Below are positions 24,786 through 36,694 of a stretch of DNA of 64,000 nt, piece after piece. A program made the translations under genes and the position numbers. Below the pieces are notes generated by a model. The model was given only the letters and a program-made list of their open reading frames with translations, made no database searches and had not been told where the DNA came from. Location: NCBI RefSeq assembly GCF_963921235.1, contig NC_086097.1:125304001-125368000 (forward strand), written 5' to 3'. Origin of the DNA: Mobula hypostoma. Taxonomy: Eukaryota. Within the stretch, counting starts at the first letter, position 1. Each line of letters begins with the position of its first letter.

Positions 24786-26733
24786 AGTATTCCAAAAATA
24801 AAGAAATACTCAAATGGCAAAATAGTACAAGGAAAGTCAAAGCTAATGTAAAAACAATGGAGAGGGCATACGACAAAGCAAAAATTAGTGGAAAGGTAGA
24901 GGATTGGGAAGATTTAAAAACCTACAGAGAACAACAAAAAGAATCATTAGAAGAAAAAAGATTAAATATGAAAGCAAACTAGCAAATAATATTAAAGGGG
25001 ATGAGAGTGGCTATAGGACCACTAGAAAATGAGGCAGGAGAGATAATAACAGTGGACAAGGAGATGACTGCTCAACTGAATGAGTATTTTACCTCAGTCT
25101 TCACTGTGGAAGACACTAGCCGTATGCCTGATATTGTAATGTGTGAGGGAAGAGAAGTGAGTGCAGTTACTATTACAAGGGAGAAGGTGCTCAAGAAGCT
25201 GAAAGATCTAGGGATACATAAGTCACCGGACCAGATGAACTGCACCCTGAAAGAGGTAGTGGTAGAGATTGTGGAGGCATTAGCAATGATCTTTCAAAAA
25301 TCGTTAGACTCTGGCATGGTACCAAAGGACTGGAAAATTGCAAATGTCACTCCACTCTTTAAGAAAGGAGGAAAGCAGCAGCAAGGAAATTATAGACCAG
25401 TTAGCCTGACCTCAATGGTTGGGGAAATTTTGGAGTCAATTGTTAAGGACGAAGTTATGGAGAACTTGGTGACACAGGACAAGATAGGACATCAGCATGG
25501 TTTCCTTAAAGGAAAATCTTGCTTGACAAACCTGTTGGAATCCTTTGAGGAGATTACAAGTAGGATAGAAAAAGGGGATGCAGTGGATGTTGTATATTTG
25601 GAGCTTCAGAAGGCCTTTGATGAGGTGCCATTCATGAGGCTGCTTACCAAGTTAAGAGCCCATGGTATTACAGGAAAGTTACTAACATGCTTAGAGCATT
25701 GGCTGATTGGTAGGAGGCAGCGAGTGGGAATAGGATCCTTGTCTGGTTGGCTGCCAGTGACTAGTGGGTTTCGTAGGGGTCAGTGTTGAGACCACTTCTT
25801 TTTATGCTGTATATCAGTGGTTTAGATGATGGAATAGATGGCTTTATTGCCAAGTTTACAGATGATATGAAGATTGGTGGAGGAGCAGGTAGTATTGAGG
25901 AAACAGGTAGGCTCCAGAAGGACTTAGACAGATTAGGACAATGATAAATGAAATACAATGTTGGAAAATGCATGGCCATGCACTTCGGTAGTAGAAATAA
26001 ATGTGCAAATTATTTTCTAACCAGGGAGAAAATCCAAAAATCTGAGATGCAAAGGGACTTGGGAGTCCTTGTGCAGAACACCCTGAAGTTAACTCGCAGG
26101 TTGAATCTATGGTGAGGAAGGCAAATGCAATGTTAGCATTCATTTCAAGAGGTCTAGAATAAAAGAGCAGGGATGTGACTCTGAGGCTCTATAAGGCACA
26201 GGTGAGGCCTCACCTTGAGTATTGTAAACAGTTTTGGGCCCCTCATCTTAGAAAAGATGTGCTGGCATTGGAGAGGCTCCAAAGGCGATTCACAAGGATG
26301 ATTCCGGGAATGAAAGGGTTATCATACAAGGAACGTTTGATGGCTCTGGGTCTGTACTCGCTGGAATTCAGAAGGATGAGGGGGATCTCATTGAAACCTT
26401 TTGAATATTGAAAGGCCTAGATGTAGTAGATGGTAGGGAGTCTAGGACAAGAGGGCACAGCCTCAGGAAAGAAGGATGTCCATTTAAAACAGAGATGTGG
26501 AGAAATTTCTTTAGCCAGAGGGAGGTGAATTTGTGGAATTTATTACCACAGGCATCTGTGGAGGCCAGGTCATATGGTGTATTTAAGACAGAGATTGATA
26601 GATTCTTGATTGGACACAGCATCAAAGGTTATGGGGAGAAGGCCGGGGAATGGGGTATAGGAGGGGATAAAAAGATCAGCCAAGATTGAATGGCAGAGCA
26701 GACTCGATGGATCAAATTCTGCTCCTACAGTCT
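24786..26733 (+). mobile_element. CR1 LINE (RT and 3' end) nested in Rex1
   Basis: ORF 25001-25789 has WKIANVTPLFKKG…NYRPVSLTS…QHGF.KGKSCLTNL…KAFD. Confidence 0.92.
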
Positions 26734-27879
26734 TATGTTAACACCCAGGAACTTGACACTGCTCACACTTTCCACTGCTAATCCCTCACTGAGGCCTGAT
26801 ATGTGTTTCCTCAACTTCCCCTTCCTGAAGTCCACAATCAATTCCTTAGTCTTACTGATGTTGAGTGCAAGGTTGTTGTTTCAACACCGCTCAACCAATC
26901 TTACTCCTGTATGCCTCCTTGACATTATATGAAATTTTGCCAGCACTAGTACTGTCATTGGCATATTTATCGATGGTGTTGCAACTGGGCTAAGCACATA
27001 TCCTTGAGGTGCACCAGTGTTGATTGTCAGCGAGGAAGAGATGTTATTTCTGATCCACACCGAGTGTCGTCTCTCGATGAGGGAACCAAGGATCCAGTTG
27101 CAGAGGGAGGTACAGTGGCCCTGATTTTGGAACTTGTTGATTAGTACTGAGGGTGTGATGGTGTTGCATGCTGAGCTGTAATCAATAAACAGCAGCCTGT
27201 CATAGGTATTGTTATTTTCCAATTGGTCCAAGGCTGAGCAGAGTCAGTGAGATTGCTTCCATCATAGACCTATTGTGGTGGTAGGCACATTACAGTGGAT
27301 TCTGGTCCTTGCTTAGGCAAGAGTTGACTCTGGCTAGAACCGATCTCTCAAACAACATGATCGCAGTAGAAGTGAGTGCAACTGTTTGAATTATTGAGGT
27401 AGCTCATCCTGCTTTTCATGAACACCGATATGATTGTCACCCTTTAGAAGCAGGTAGGAGCCTTTGACTGTGGCAGTGAGTGATTGAAGACGTTTTTGAA
27501 CACTTCCACTAGTTGGTTGGCAGAGAATTTCATTCAAGGCTTTTGGTTTGGGTATGTCCAGTATGTTCTCGAAGACACTCACTCATCCACATGGGTCTCA
27601 ATGAAGTTGACATATTCATTCAGATTCAAAAATGAATCCCTAAATATTGTCCAGTCCACTGACTTAAAGCAGTCCTTCCTGTAAGTGCTCCTCCACCTCC
27701 CTTGTCCACACCTTCCAGGTCCTCACCACTGGCACTGTGGTCCTTAGTCTCTGTCTGTACAACGGGAGTAGAAGTACAGCCAGGTGACCGGACTTTCCAA
27801 AGCACAGTAAACGTTCTTGATGGTGGTATAACAGTGGTCAAGTGTAGAAAGAACCTCTCTACTTTGGGAGGCATGATGG

Positions 27880-28270
27880 TGACTGTTACTGTTGAGGTGT
27901 AAGTTCATGTGGGTGGGCTTCGGATAGATGCCATGTCCGAGGCTACCATCCATTTTCCATCATAATAGAATGTCCAGGAACGTTCTTCACCATCTCCTTT
28001 GTAAATGAAATGTTTGGATGGATGCTGTTCAGATGGTCGTGGAACTGTGTACATGTGTACGCACTATGAAGTTGTCATTGTCATAACTGAAGAAGCATTT
28101 GGAGCATGAAGGCGATGAACTCAGAGCCCTCTCCTCAAAGTCCTCCATGAAGAAATTAGCAATAGCCAGAGACAAGGGTGATGCCATGGCCATTCTGTCC
28201 ATTTGATCATAGTAGTTCCCCTTATAGAGGAAGTATGTAGATGTAAGGGTGTGTTCAAAAAGGTCAATGG
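27880..28270 (-). mobile_element. Penelope-like RT fragment nested in Rex1
   Basis: AMASPLS..IANFFMEDFE, LNSIHPNI.F and YPKPTHMNLHL remnants. Confidence 0.7.
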
Positions 28271-31200
28271 TACCCTTACCATACCTTGACCCTCAAGTGT
28301 CTTGGTTCCTCTGGTTCCACGGGCAATATGTTGGTGGGAGTTGTTCAGAGATATCTTCAAGCTGGCATGTAATGATAGGGAAGGCATTGTGACTGCTGAT
28401 CATGGTGCTCAGCTCCTCTAGTTCCTAATTCTGGGCAGCAGTGGAATGTACACTGCTACCAGGATGATGGCGAAAGCTCCCTCAGCTGATAAAATGGACG
28501 GCACTTGACCACTAGATGTTCCAGGTCGGCTGAGAAAGATTGAAACAGAACTGCCTTGTCTGTGCATGACGATGAGTTCATCATGAGGCATACTCCTCTG
28601 CATCTATCTTTAAAGTACTCAGCAATCTAATCTTTGTGGTGAAAGGTGAAGCCGTTGGGCAGCAGCACTGCATCCAAAATGGCAGGGTTGAGCCATGTTT
28701 CCATGAAGTGAAGTACACAGCGGTTTCTTGTGTCCCTCTGAGCAACCTTGCTTTTGCTCTGAGGTCTTCAATTTTATTTTCTAGAGACTGTACATTCACC
28801 AGCAGGATAGTCAGGAGTGGGGGCCTAAGGCATTTCAGTCGTACTTGTAGTCCATCATACTTTCTGCTCTTACTTTGTCTTTAAAGGGAACTGCATTTGC
28901 AGCCCTTCTGCAGTCAAGTATCTGCCTATTTTGAGAATTGACAGATTTTCTTAAATACCTTAGAACAATGTTTCTCACCTGAGTACCCATGGTTGTGACT
29001 GTGGATTTCAGCTGTAGTAGTCCTAAACAGAAATATCTAATGATTCCCATAAGAGCTGCACACAGAGTTGTCAATTATTGGTGCCATCTTGAGTTGAGAT
29101 TAGTTAATTTGTGCCCTATTACATCAAAGTCCTCAGCTAAGTGACCAAAGATATTGGCTAAGTTCATTATATTTTACATCTGTCATGGTATATTTAAAAG
29201 GTAAATTTCTCCATTACAACCAGCGGTAAGCCCGTTTTGCTATTACCAATAGAACAGGAGAGACTGGATTATCCTGTTTATCATAAACACGAGATTCTGC
29301 AGATGCCGGAAATGCAGAGCAACACACACAAAATGCTGCAGGTCAGGCAGCATCTCTGGAGGGGCATAAATGGTTGACTTTTTGGGCCAAAACCTTTCAA
29401 CAGGACTGGAAAGGAAGGGAAAAATGAAAGATTTTTTTTTGAAGGGTAAGAAATTCAATAGGATCAGAGTGTCTTCATATATAAATCATTGAAAACAAAA
29501 TAAGGTGCAGCAAACAATTGGGAAGGTAAATAGTATGTTGACCTTTCGTGCTGGAAGATTAAATACAAAAATAAAGATGATTGTCTGTAATTATATAGGG
29601 CTTTAGTGAGACTACACCTGGAGCATTGTATGCAGTTTTGGTCTCTTTTCCAAAGGAAGGCTATGCCTGCTTTTAAGGAGTGCAGTACAGTAACTCATCA
29701 GCTTGTCGTCTGGGGTGGAGGAACCAGCAGCTTGTGGTGCAAGACTGAGAAGCCTTGGCCTTAATTCTTGAAAATTTAGAAGTATTAAACCAGCAGAGCA
29801 GCTTGGACAAAGGCTGGTGGCACCTCACACCCCGAGTCAGTGAGTTGTCGGCGGGTTCCAGAGTCAGAGTTCTGCGCGGGCAAGAGAAACAAGGTCTGAT
29901 AACCTCCTGGCTTCAGGAATCAGTGAGATCGAAGTTTGAGGTGTTTGGTGATTGGTGCTTCCTGGGGTTGATGCCAAGGATCGAGGCCTGAGGATCAAAC
30001 TGGAAGTCTGGGAGTTGTGTCCTGTTGGCTAGAGCACCAGAGGCACGAATCTTTGCGAATCCACTGGAGGTTGAAGTGCAAAGAAGTCAAGCCTGTCTTG
30101 GGGTTAGAGGACTGTGTATGTGTGGGGCTGGGAGATGCTGATTCTGAATCAGGAGCCTGATTCTGATTTTGATTCTTATTCAGGTAGGCATTGGTGGAAA
30201 AAGGCATTTAGTGTGTTGATCTTCATCATTTAGGACATTGACTATTGGAGTTGGGATATTATCTTTAAGTTGTTGGTGAAGTTGCACTTTGGGTATTGTG
30301 TATAGCTTTGGTCACCCTGTTATAGGAGAGATGTGGTTAAACTGGAAAAAGTGCTAGCACTAAAGGGCTTGAGTTATAGGGAGAGATTGACCAGACCAGG
30401 TCTTTATTCCTTGGAATGTAGGAAAATGAGGAAAGACTTATGGAAATGTTGAAAATTATGAGGCGCATAGATAAGGTGGACAGTAACAGCCTTTTCCTCA
30501 GAGTAGAGGAAATGGAAACAAGGAAGTATAGATTTATGGGTGAAGGGAAGGAGTTAAAAGGGACTTTTTCCACACAGAGGGTGGTGAGTATATGGAACGA
30601 GCTGCCAGAAAACGTGACTGAAAGTGATAGGATTCAGGGATAGAGAGGTAAAAGAAGGCATGAGATCTTTGAGCAGATCTCTCACGGGCCTGCCTGATAT
30701 GTTTCCACACCTCTCGCCTTTTCATCAGATCAGTCAGTTGAAAATGCTGGAGGCGGTCAGCAGGTTAGGGAGGAGGAGAAAGAGTTACTGAACTGGGTGA
30801 TGCTCACTCTCCCACTGCCCAAGTACCAATCCAATAGTCACACTTGCTTATTACAGGGTTGGTAAAGGTCCCTCAGCCACCCCCATAACCCTCCTGTAAG
30901 GTGGAGTAGACTTGGGCTACAAAACCTTCAGCCCCAGCCTCCACACACTGGCCTGATAGCCTTTGACAACAAGATGCTGTTGGTCTCCTCGCCTCATTAT
31001 AGGAAGGATGTGGAAGCTTTAGAGAGGGTGCAGAGGAGATTTACCAGGATGCTGCCTGGTTTAGAGAGCATGTCTTATCAGGATAATTTGAGTAAGCTCA
31101 GGTTTTTCTTTCTGGAGCAAAGGAGAATAAAGTGACTTAACAGAGGTATACAAGATGATAAGCTGCAGAGATTGAGCAGATAGCCAGAGACGGAAATGGC

Positions 31201-32016
31201 TTAATACAAGGGGCATAATTTGAAGGTGATTGGAGGGAAGTATAGGTGATTTTAACAGTAACTTTTTTCTTGCTTCACATGGGAAAATTGAATTCTCACT
31301 ATATCAACCATATCTTTTTATATTACTAGAGATGAAAGTCAAATACAAAATCAGATTTTGCCAGGTGCAATATCGGTTCTTTGCGATGTGTAAGATATAC
31401 AGGTGATCTTAGTTCCACAACATTAAAACTCAGTGATAAGCTTCGCCCAATATCTAGCCACATCCTGCAAAAGTACACTGACAGGACAGTGCTGTACACT
31501 TGTCTATTTCCCATTCAGTAAAGCAAGGTCACAAAATAACATCACTGTCAGTTAGCAAACACACAGGACTCCACTATTAAAACTAAGCAGGACTGGCTTG
31601 GTTGGAGAAAACATAATGTTCTCTTGTATTCGCATGTTCAAATACTTTCATACAGGGGACCTGGGAATTAAGCCACAGAATAATATGACATTACAGGCCC
31701 TTTGGCCCGCAATATTGTGCCACCCTTTTAACCTATCAATCTAACCTTTTCTTCCTACATAGCCCCTGCATTTTCTATCATCCATGTGCCTGTTCAAGAT
31801 TTTCATAAGTGTCCCAAATGTTTTTGCCTCCTACCATTACCCCTGGCAGTGCATTCAATGCACCTGCCACTCTGTTTAAGCAAAAAACTACCTCTGACTT
31901 TACCCCCCTATACCTACCAAAAATCACCTTAATATTATGCCCTCTCATATTAGCTATTTCAGTCCTGAGAAATAATCCCCTCGATCTATGCCTCTTATCA
32001 TCTTATTTATACAGCT

Positions 32017-32425
32017 TTAATCATAGTCATACTTTATTGATCCCGAGGGAAATTGGTTTTCATTACAGTTGCACCAACCAAGAATAGAGTATAAATAAAG
32101 CAATATAAAACCATAAATAATTAAATAGTAATTTGTAAATGCCAGGAAATAAGTCCAAGACCAGCCTATTGGCTCAGGATGTTTGACCCTCCAAGGGAGG
32201 AGTTGTAAAGTTTGATGGCCACAGGCAGGAATGACTTCCTATGACACTCAGTGTTGCATCTCGGTGGAATGAGTCTCTGGCTGAATGTACTCCTGTGCCC
32301 AACCAGTACATTATGTAGTGGATGGGAGACATTGTCCAAGATGGCAATCAACTTGGACAGCATCCTCTTTTCAGACACCACTGTCAGAGAGTCCAGTTCC
32401 ATCCCCACAACATCACTGGCCTTAC
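32017..32425 (-). mobile_element. Rex1-type LINE 3' end (second family) nested in a CR1 fragment (~31680-32850 -)
   Basis: ORF with AILDNVSHPLH…STFSQRLIPPRC.TE.HRKSFLPVAIKLYN. Confidence 0.8.
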
Positions 32426-33242
32426 AAATTTCATTAAATCACCTTTCATCCTGCTCTCCAAGGTGAAAAGCACTAGCTCAATCAACCTATGATGTGTTCT
32501 ATAATTTAGGCCCTATCCTGGTAAATCTCCTCTACCTTCTCTCTAAAGCTTCTAGCTCATCCCTTTAATGGGACGACCAGTACACAATACTCCAAGTGTG
32601 ATCTAACCAGAGTTTTATAGAGCTGCAACATCACTTCATGGTTCCTGAACTCAGTTCCCCCAACTAATGAAAGCCATCACACCAACGCCTTCCTAACCAT
32701 CCTATAAATGCGTGCAGCAACTTTGAGTGATCTATGGACTTGGACCCCAAGATGTCGCTCATCCTCCACCCTGCTAACACTCCCACCATTAACCCTGCAT
32801 TCTGCCTTCAAGTTGACCTTCCGAAGTGCATCACTTCACGGTTTTCTGGGTGAATTCTCTCCTGCTTACATTCACATTTTCCTACATCATTCTACTCTCT
32901 ACCATTGGTTTTACTCACAAAGTAAAGGTGAAAATTAGATTTTTAAAATTTCATATCATAACAAAATATTGCTTTTAACCTTTTTTTTTGGCTAAAATAG
33001 TTGAGAAACCTCCTATTGCAAGCAGTCACGGGATGCCTTTTGTTCCTTAACAAGAAGACATGGAATTTAAAACTTAAATCTGATCACAGGAGATATCAAA
33101 AAAACACTTTGTTGTACAAAAAAATTTAGGAATTCGTGTAAATTTTCTCAAAAAGCTAATAAGTCTCGGGGTTAGGTAGTGTTCAGCTGATAGATCCAAA
33201 ACTATGATTTTTTTTAAGCTATGGGTTATTAAGGGTATAGAG

Positions 33243-33315
33243 CAGGGGTTCCCAAATTTTTTGTTATGCATGTAACTGAGTGAGGGGTCTGTGGATCCCA
33301 GCTTGGGAACCCCCG
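33243..33315. mobile_element. hAT (Charlie-like) micro-MITE
   Basis: TIR CAGGGGTTCCCAA / TTGGGAACCCCCG; 8 bp flanks GTATAGAG / GTATGGAG. Confidence 0.8.
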
Positions 33316-34325
33316 GTATGGAGTAAAGGTGGGTAGATCTCTTTAAGATGCAAATCAGCAAGCATCTTATTTAAACGGTAAGCTGGGCTCGGTCATGGGC
33401 ATGCTATTTCTTTTATGTCATCAAAGGGGAGAAAGATCTATTATGCATTTAAGTAAAATGTTTGCACCTGCTACCATGAAAATGAATCTCAACATTGTAT
33501 ATGGTGACATACTGTATCTGTACTTTGATAATAAATTTACTTTGAACTTATAAAGTTATGAGTGTCCACCTGAACTGGAACTGTCCCACTCCCCAAGTGG
33601 AACCGTGAGCGTTCAGCACTCTGACCCCTGACCCCACATCACTGACCCTGTCTGCTGGAGTGAGTGGGTGAATTCCCAGTGAAGGCTGATGTTCTGACAA
33701 CGAGCGACATTCAAGGTCAACTGCAAAAGCTACTTAGGAAAAGCCTGGTGGCTGCCAATTTCTTGCCACCTAGTGATGAGAGTTTTGCCCTAGTGACTTG
33801 CGCTCAGTGGCCACTTTATTAGGTACACCTGTACACTGGCCCATTAATATAAATATCTAATCAGCCAATCATGCAGCAGCAACTCAGTGCATAAAAGCAT
33901 GCAGACATGGTCAAGGGGTTCAGTTGTCATTCATTCCAAGCATCAGAATGGGGAAGAAATGTGATCTAAGTGACTTTGACTGTGGCATAATTGTTGGTGC
34001 CAGATGGGGTGATTTGAGTATCTCAGGAACTACTTATCTCATGCACAACAGTCTCTAGAGTTTACAGAGACTGGGCGACAAAGAAAAATAACATCCAGTG
34101 AGTAGTAGTTCTGTGGGCAAAAATGCCTTGTAAGTGAGAGAGGTCACAGGAGAATGGCCAGACTGATCCAAGCTAATGGGAAGGCGACAGTAACACAAAT
34201 AACCACACATTACAACAGCAGTGTGCAAAAGTGCATCGCTGAACGCACAACATGTCGAACCTCAAAGAGGATGGGCTGCAGCAGCAGAAGACCAATCTGG
34301 GTTCCACTCCTGTACCTAATAAAGT

Positions 34326-35889
34326 GGACCTGATGGTCTGCATCCCAGGGTACTTAAGGAGGTGGCTTTGGAAATCGTGGACGCGTTGGTAATCATTTTC
34401 CAATGTTCTATAGATTCAGGATCAGTTCCTGTGGATTGGAGGGTAGCTAATGTTGTCCCACTTTTCAAGAAAGGAGGGAGAGAGAAATCAGTGAATTATA
34501 GACCAGTTAGCCTGACGTCAGTGGTGGGAAAGATGCTGGAGTCAATTATAAAAGATGAAATTACGACACATTTGGATAGCAGTAACAGGATAGGTCCGAG
34601 TCAGCATGGATTTACGAAGGGGAAATCGTGCTTGACTAATCTTCTGGAATTTTTTGAGGATGTAACTATGAAAATGGACAAGGGAGAGCCAGTGGATGTA
34701 GAGTACCTGGACTTTCAGAAAGCCTTTGATAAAGTCCCACATAGGAGATTAGTGGGCAAAATTAGGGCACATGGTATTGGGGGCAGAGTACTGACATGGA
34801 TTGAAAATTGGCTGGCTGGCAGGAAACAAAGAGTAGCGATTAATGGGTTCCTTTCGGAATGGCAGGCAGTGACCAGTGGGGTACCGCACAGTTCAGTGCT
34901 GGGAACGCAGCTGTTCACTATATACATTAATGATTTAGATGAAGGGATTAAAAGTAACATTAGCAAATTTGCAGATGACACAAAACTGGGTGGCAGTGTG
35001 AAATGTGAGGAGGATGTTATGAGAATGCAGGGTGACTTGGACAGGCAGGTGAGTGGGCGGATGCATGGCAGATGCAGTTTAATGTGGATAAATGTGAGGT
35101 TATCCACTTCGGTAGTAAAAACAGGAAGGCAGATTATTATCTAAATGGAGTCAAATTAGGAAAAGGGGAAGTACAACGAGATCTAGGTGTTCTTGTACAT
35201 CAGTCACTGAAAGCAAGCATTCAGATACAGCAGGCAGTGAAGAAAGCTAATGGCATGCTGGCCTTCATAACAAGGGGAACTGAGTATAGGAGCAAAGAGG
35301 TCTTTCTGCATCTGTACAGGGCCCTGGTAAGACCACACCTGGAGTATTGTGTGCAGTTTTGGTCTCCAAATTTGAGGAAGGACATTCTTGCTATTGAGGA
35401 AGTGCAGCATAGGTTCACAAGGTTCTGGGATGGCAGGACTGTCATATGTTGAAAGACTGGAGCGACTGGGCTCGTATACACTGGAAGTTAGAAGGATGAG
35501 AGGGGATCTGATTGAAACATAAGATTATTAAGGGATTGGACACGCTGGAGGCAGGAAGCATGTTCCTGCTGATGGGTGAGTCCAGAACCAGAGGCCACAG
35601 TTTAAGAATAAGAGGTAGGCCATTTAGAATGGAGTTGAGGAAAAACTTTTTCACCCAGAGAGTGGTGGATATGTGGAATGCTCTGCCCCAGAAGGCAGTG
35701 GAGGCCAAGTCTCTGGATGTTTTCAAGAAAGAGATGGGTAGAGCTCTTAAAGATAGTGGAATCAAAGGTTATGGGGATAAGGCAGGAACTGGATACTGAT
35801 TGTGGATAATCAGCCATGATCAGTGAATGGCGGCGCTGGCTCGAAGGGCCAAATGGCCTACTCCTGCACCTATTGTCTATTGTCTATTG
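34326..35889 (+). mobile_element. young 5'-truncated CR1 LINE with (CTATTGT)n tail, inserted in the right TIR of a family A Tc1 element
   Basis: Long open RT frame with DFQKAFDKVPH and SKFADDTKLGG. The host TIR AATAAAGTGG is interrupted and resumes as a CACTAAG remnant after the tail. Confidence 0.93.
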
Positions 35890-36211
35890 ACACTAAGAGA
35901 AATCACCTTTAGTGGAACAGGAAAATGAGAGCCCCAAAGGGGGATTTAGAGAGGCGGCAGAAAGAAACGCCTTTCCTTGTGACATTATGGTGACATCTTG
36001 GCTCACATCTGTACTGAGTCCTCATCATGGAACATAAAATCTCACAGTACTATTTACTAAACAAGCAGCGATCATTTTGTGCTTCTGATTTCTAATCTGT
36101 AATGGGTGGTGTTCATTGCCTAGGATGCTATTGCATACATTGATGTTACTGTTTTGTCAACATTCACCCTTCACTGATGATTAATGTTCACGGTTTTAAT
36201 TCCTCCCCTAG

Positions 36212-36376
<165 letters not shown>

Positions 36377-36694
36377 TGAACAATGCGTGTTGGAAGGAGC
36401 AGGGATTACTTTTGTGTTTCTTAAACTTATCAAGTTTCCAAAGCTTTGTTTGTGAACAACATGTTTATTATCTTTTAAGGTATTTTTTTGCCAATATATC
36501 ACATCATTTATTTGACATTTCTAACAAGGAACTCAATACCAACAACAGGAATGAAAGTCTACATAAAGCAGATGAGTCAAGATCTCCGCGCAGTGGCATA
36601 ACCCCTTCTGCTTGCAGCAGCACTCCAGGCTAATGCCTGGATATCAAGAGAGTAAAGCAGTGTTAAACCAAATCCCAAAACCTAGCTCTAGAAA

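Larger units (their letters stand above)
24531..28830 (-). mobile_element. long Rex1/Babar LINE (APE to RT C-terminus) split by CR1 and Penelope insertions
   Basis: NVQSLENKIEDLRA (APE start), LDHCYTTIK, RLLFIDYSSA.NTI.P..LI.K…GAPQG and ENILTGCITIWYG in collinear order. Confidence 0.85.

Noticed and set aside
29700..30150. GC-richer segment between CR1 fragments
   Set aside because: No ORF motif, TIR or TSD could be established; probably an unclassified repeat.
34362..35144. 260 aa RT ORF (and the 262 aa ORF at 25001-25789) as an active or novel reverse transcriptase gene
   Set aside because: Both are 5'-truncated, frameshifted CR1 ORF2 fragments with no endonuclease domain or ORF1.
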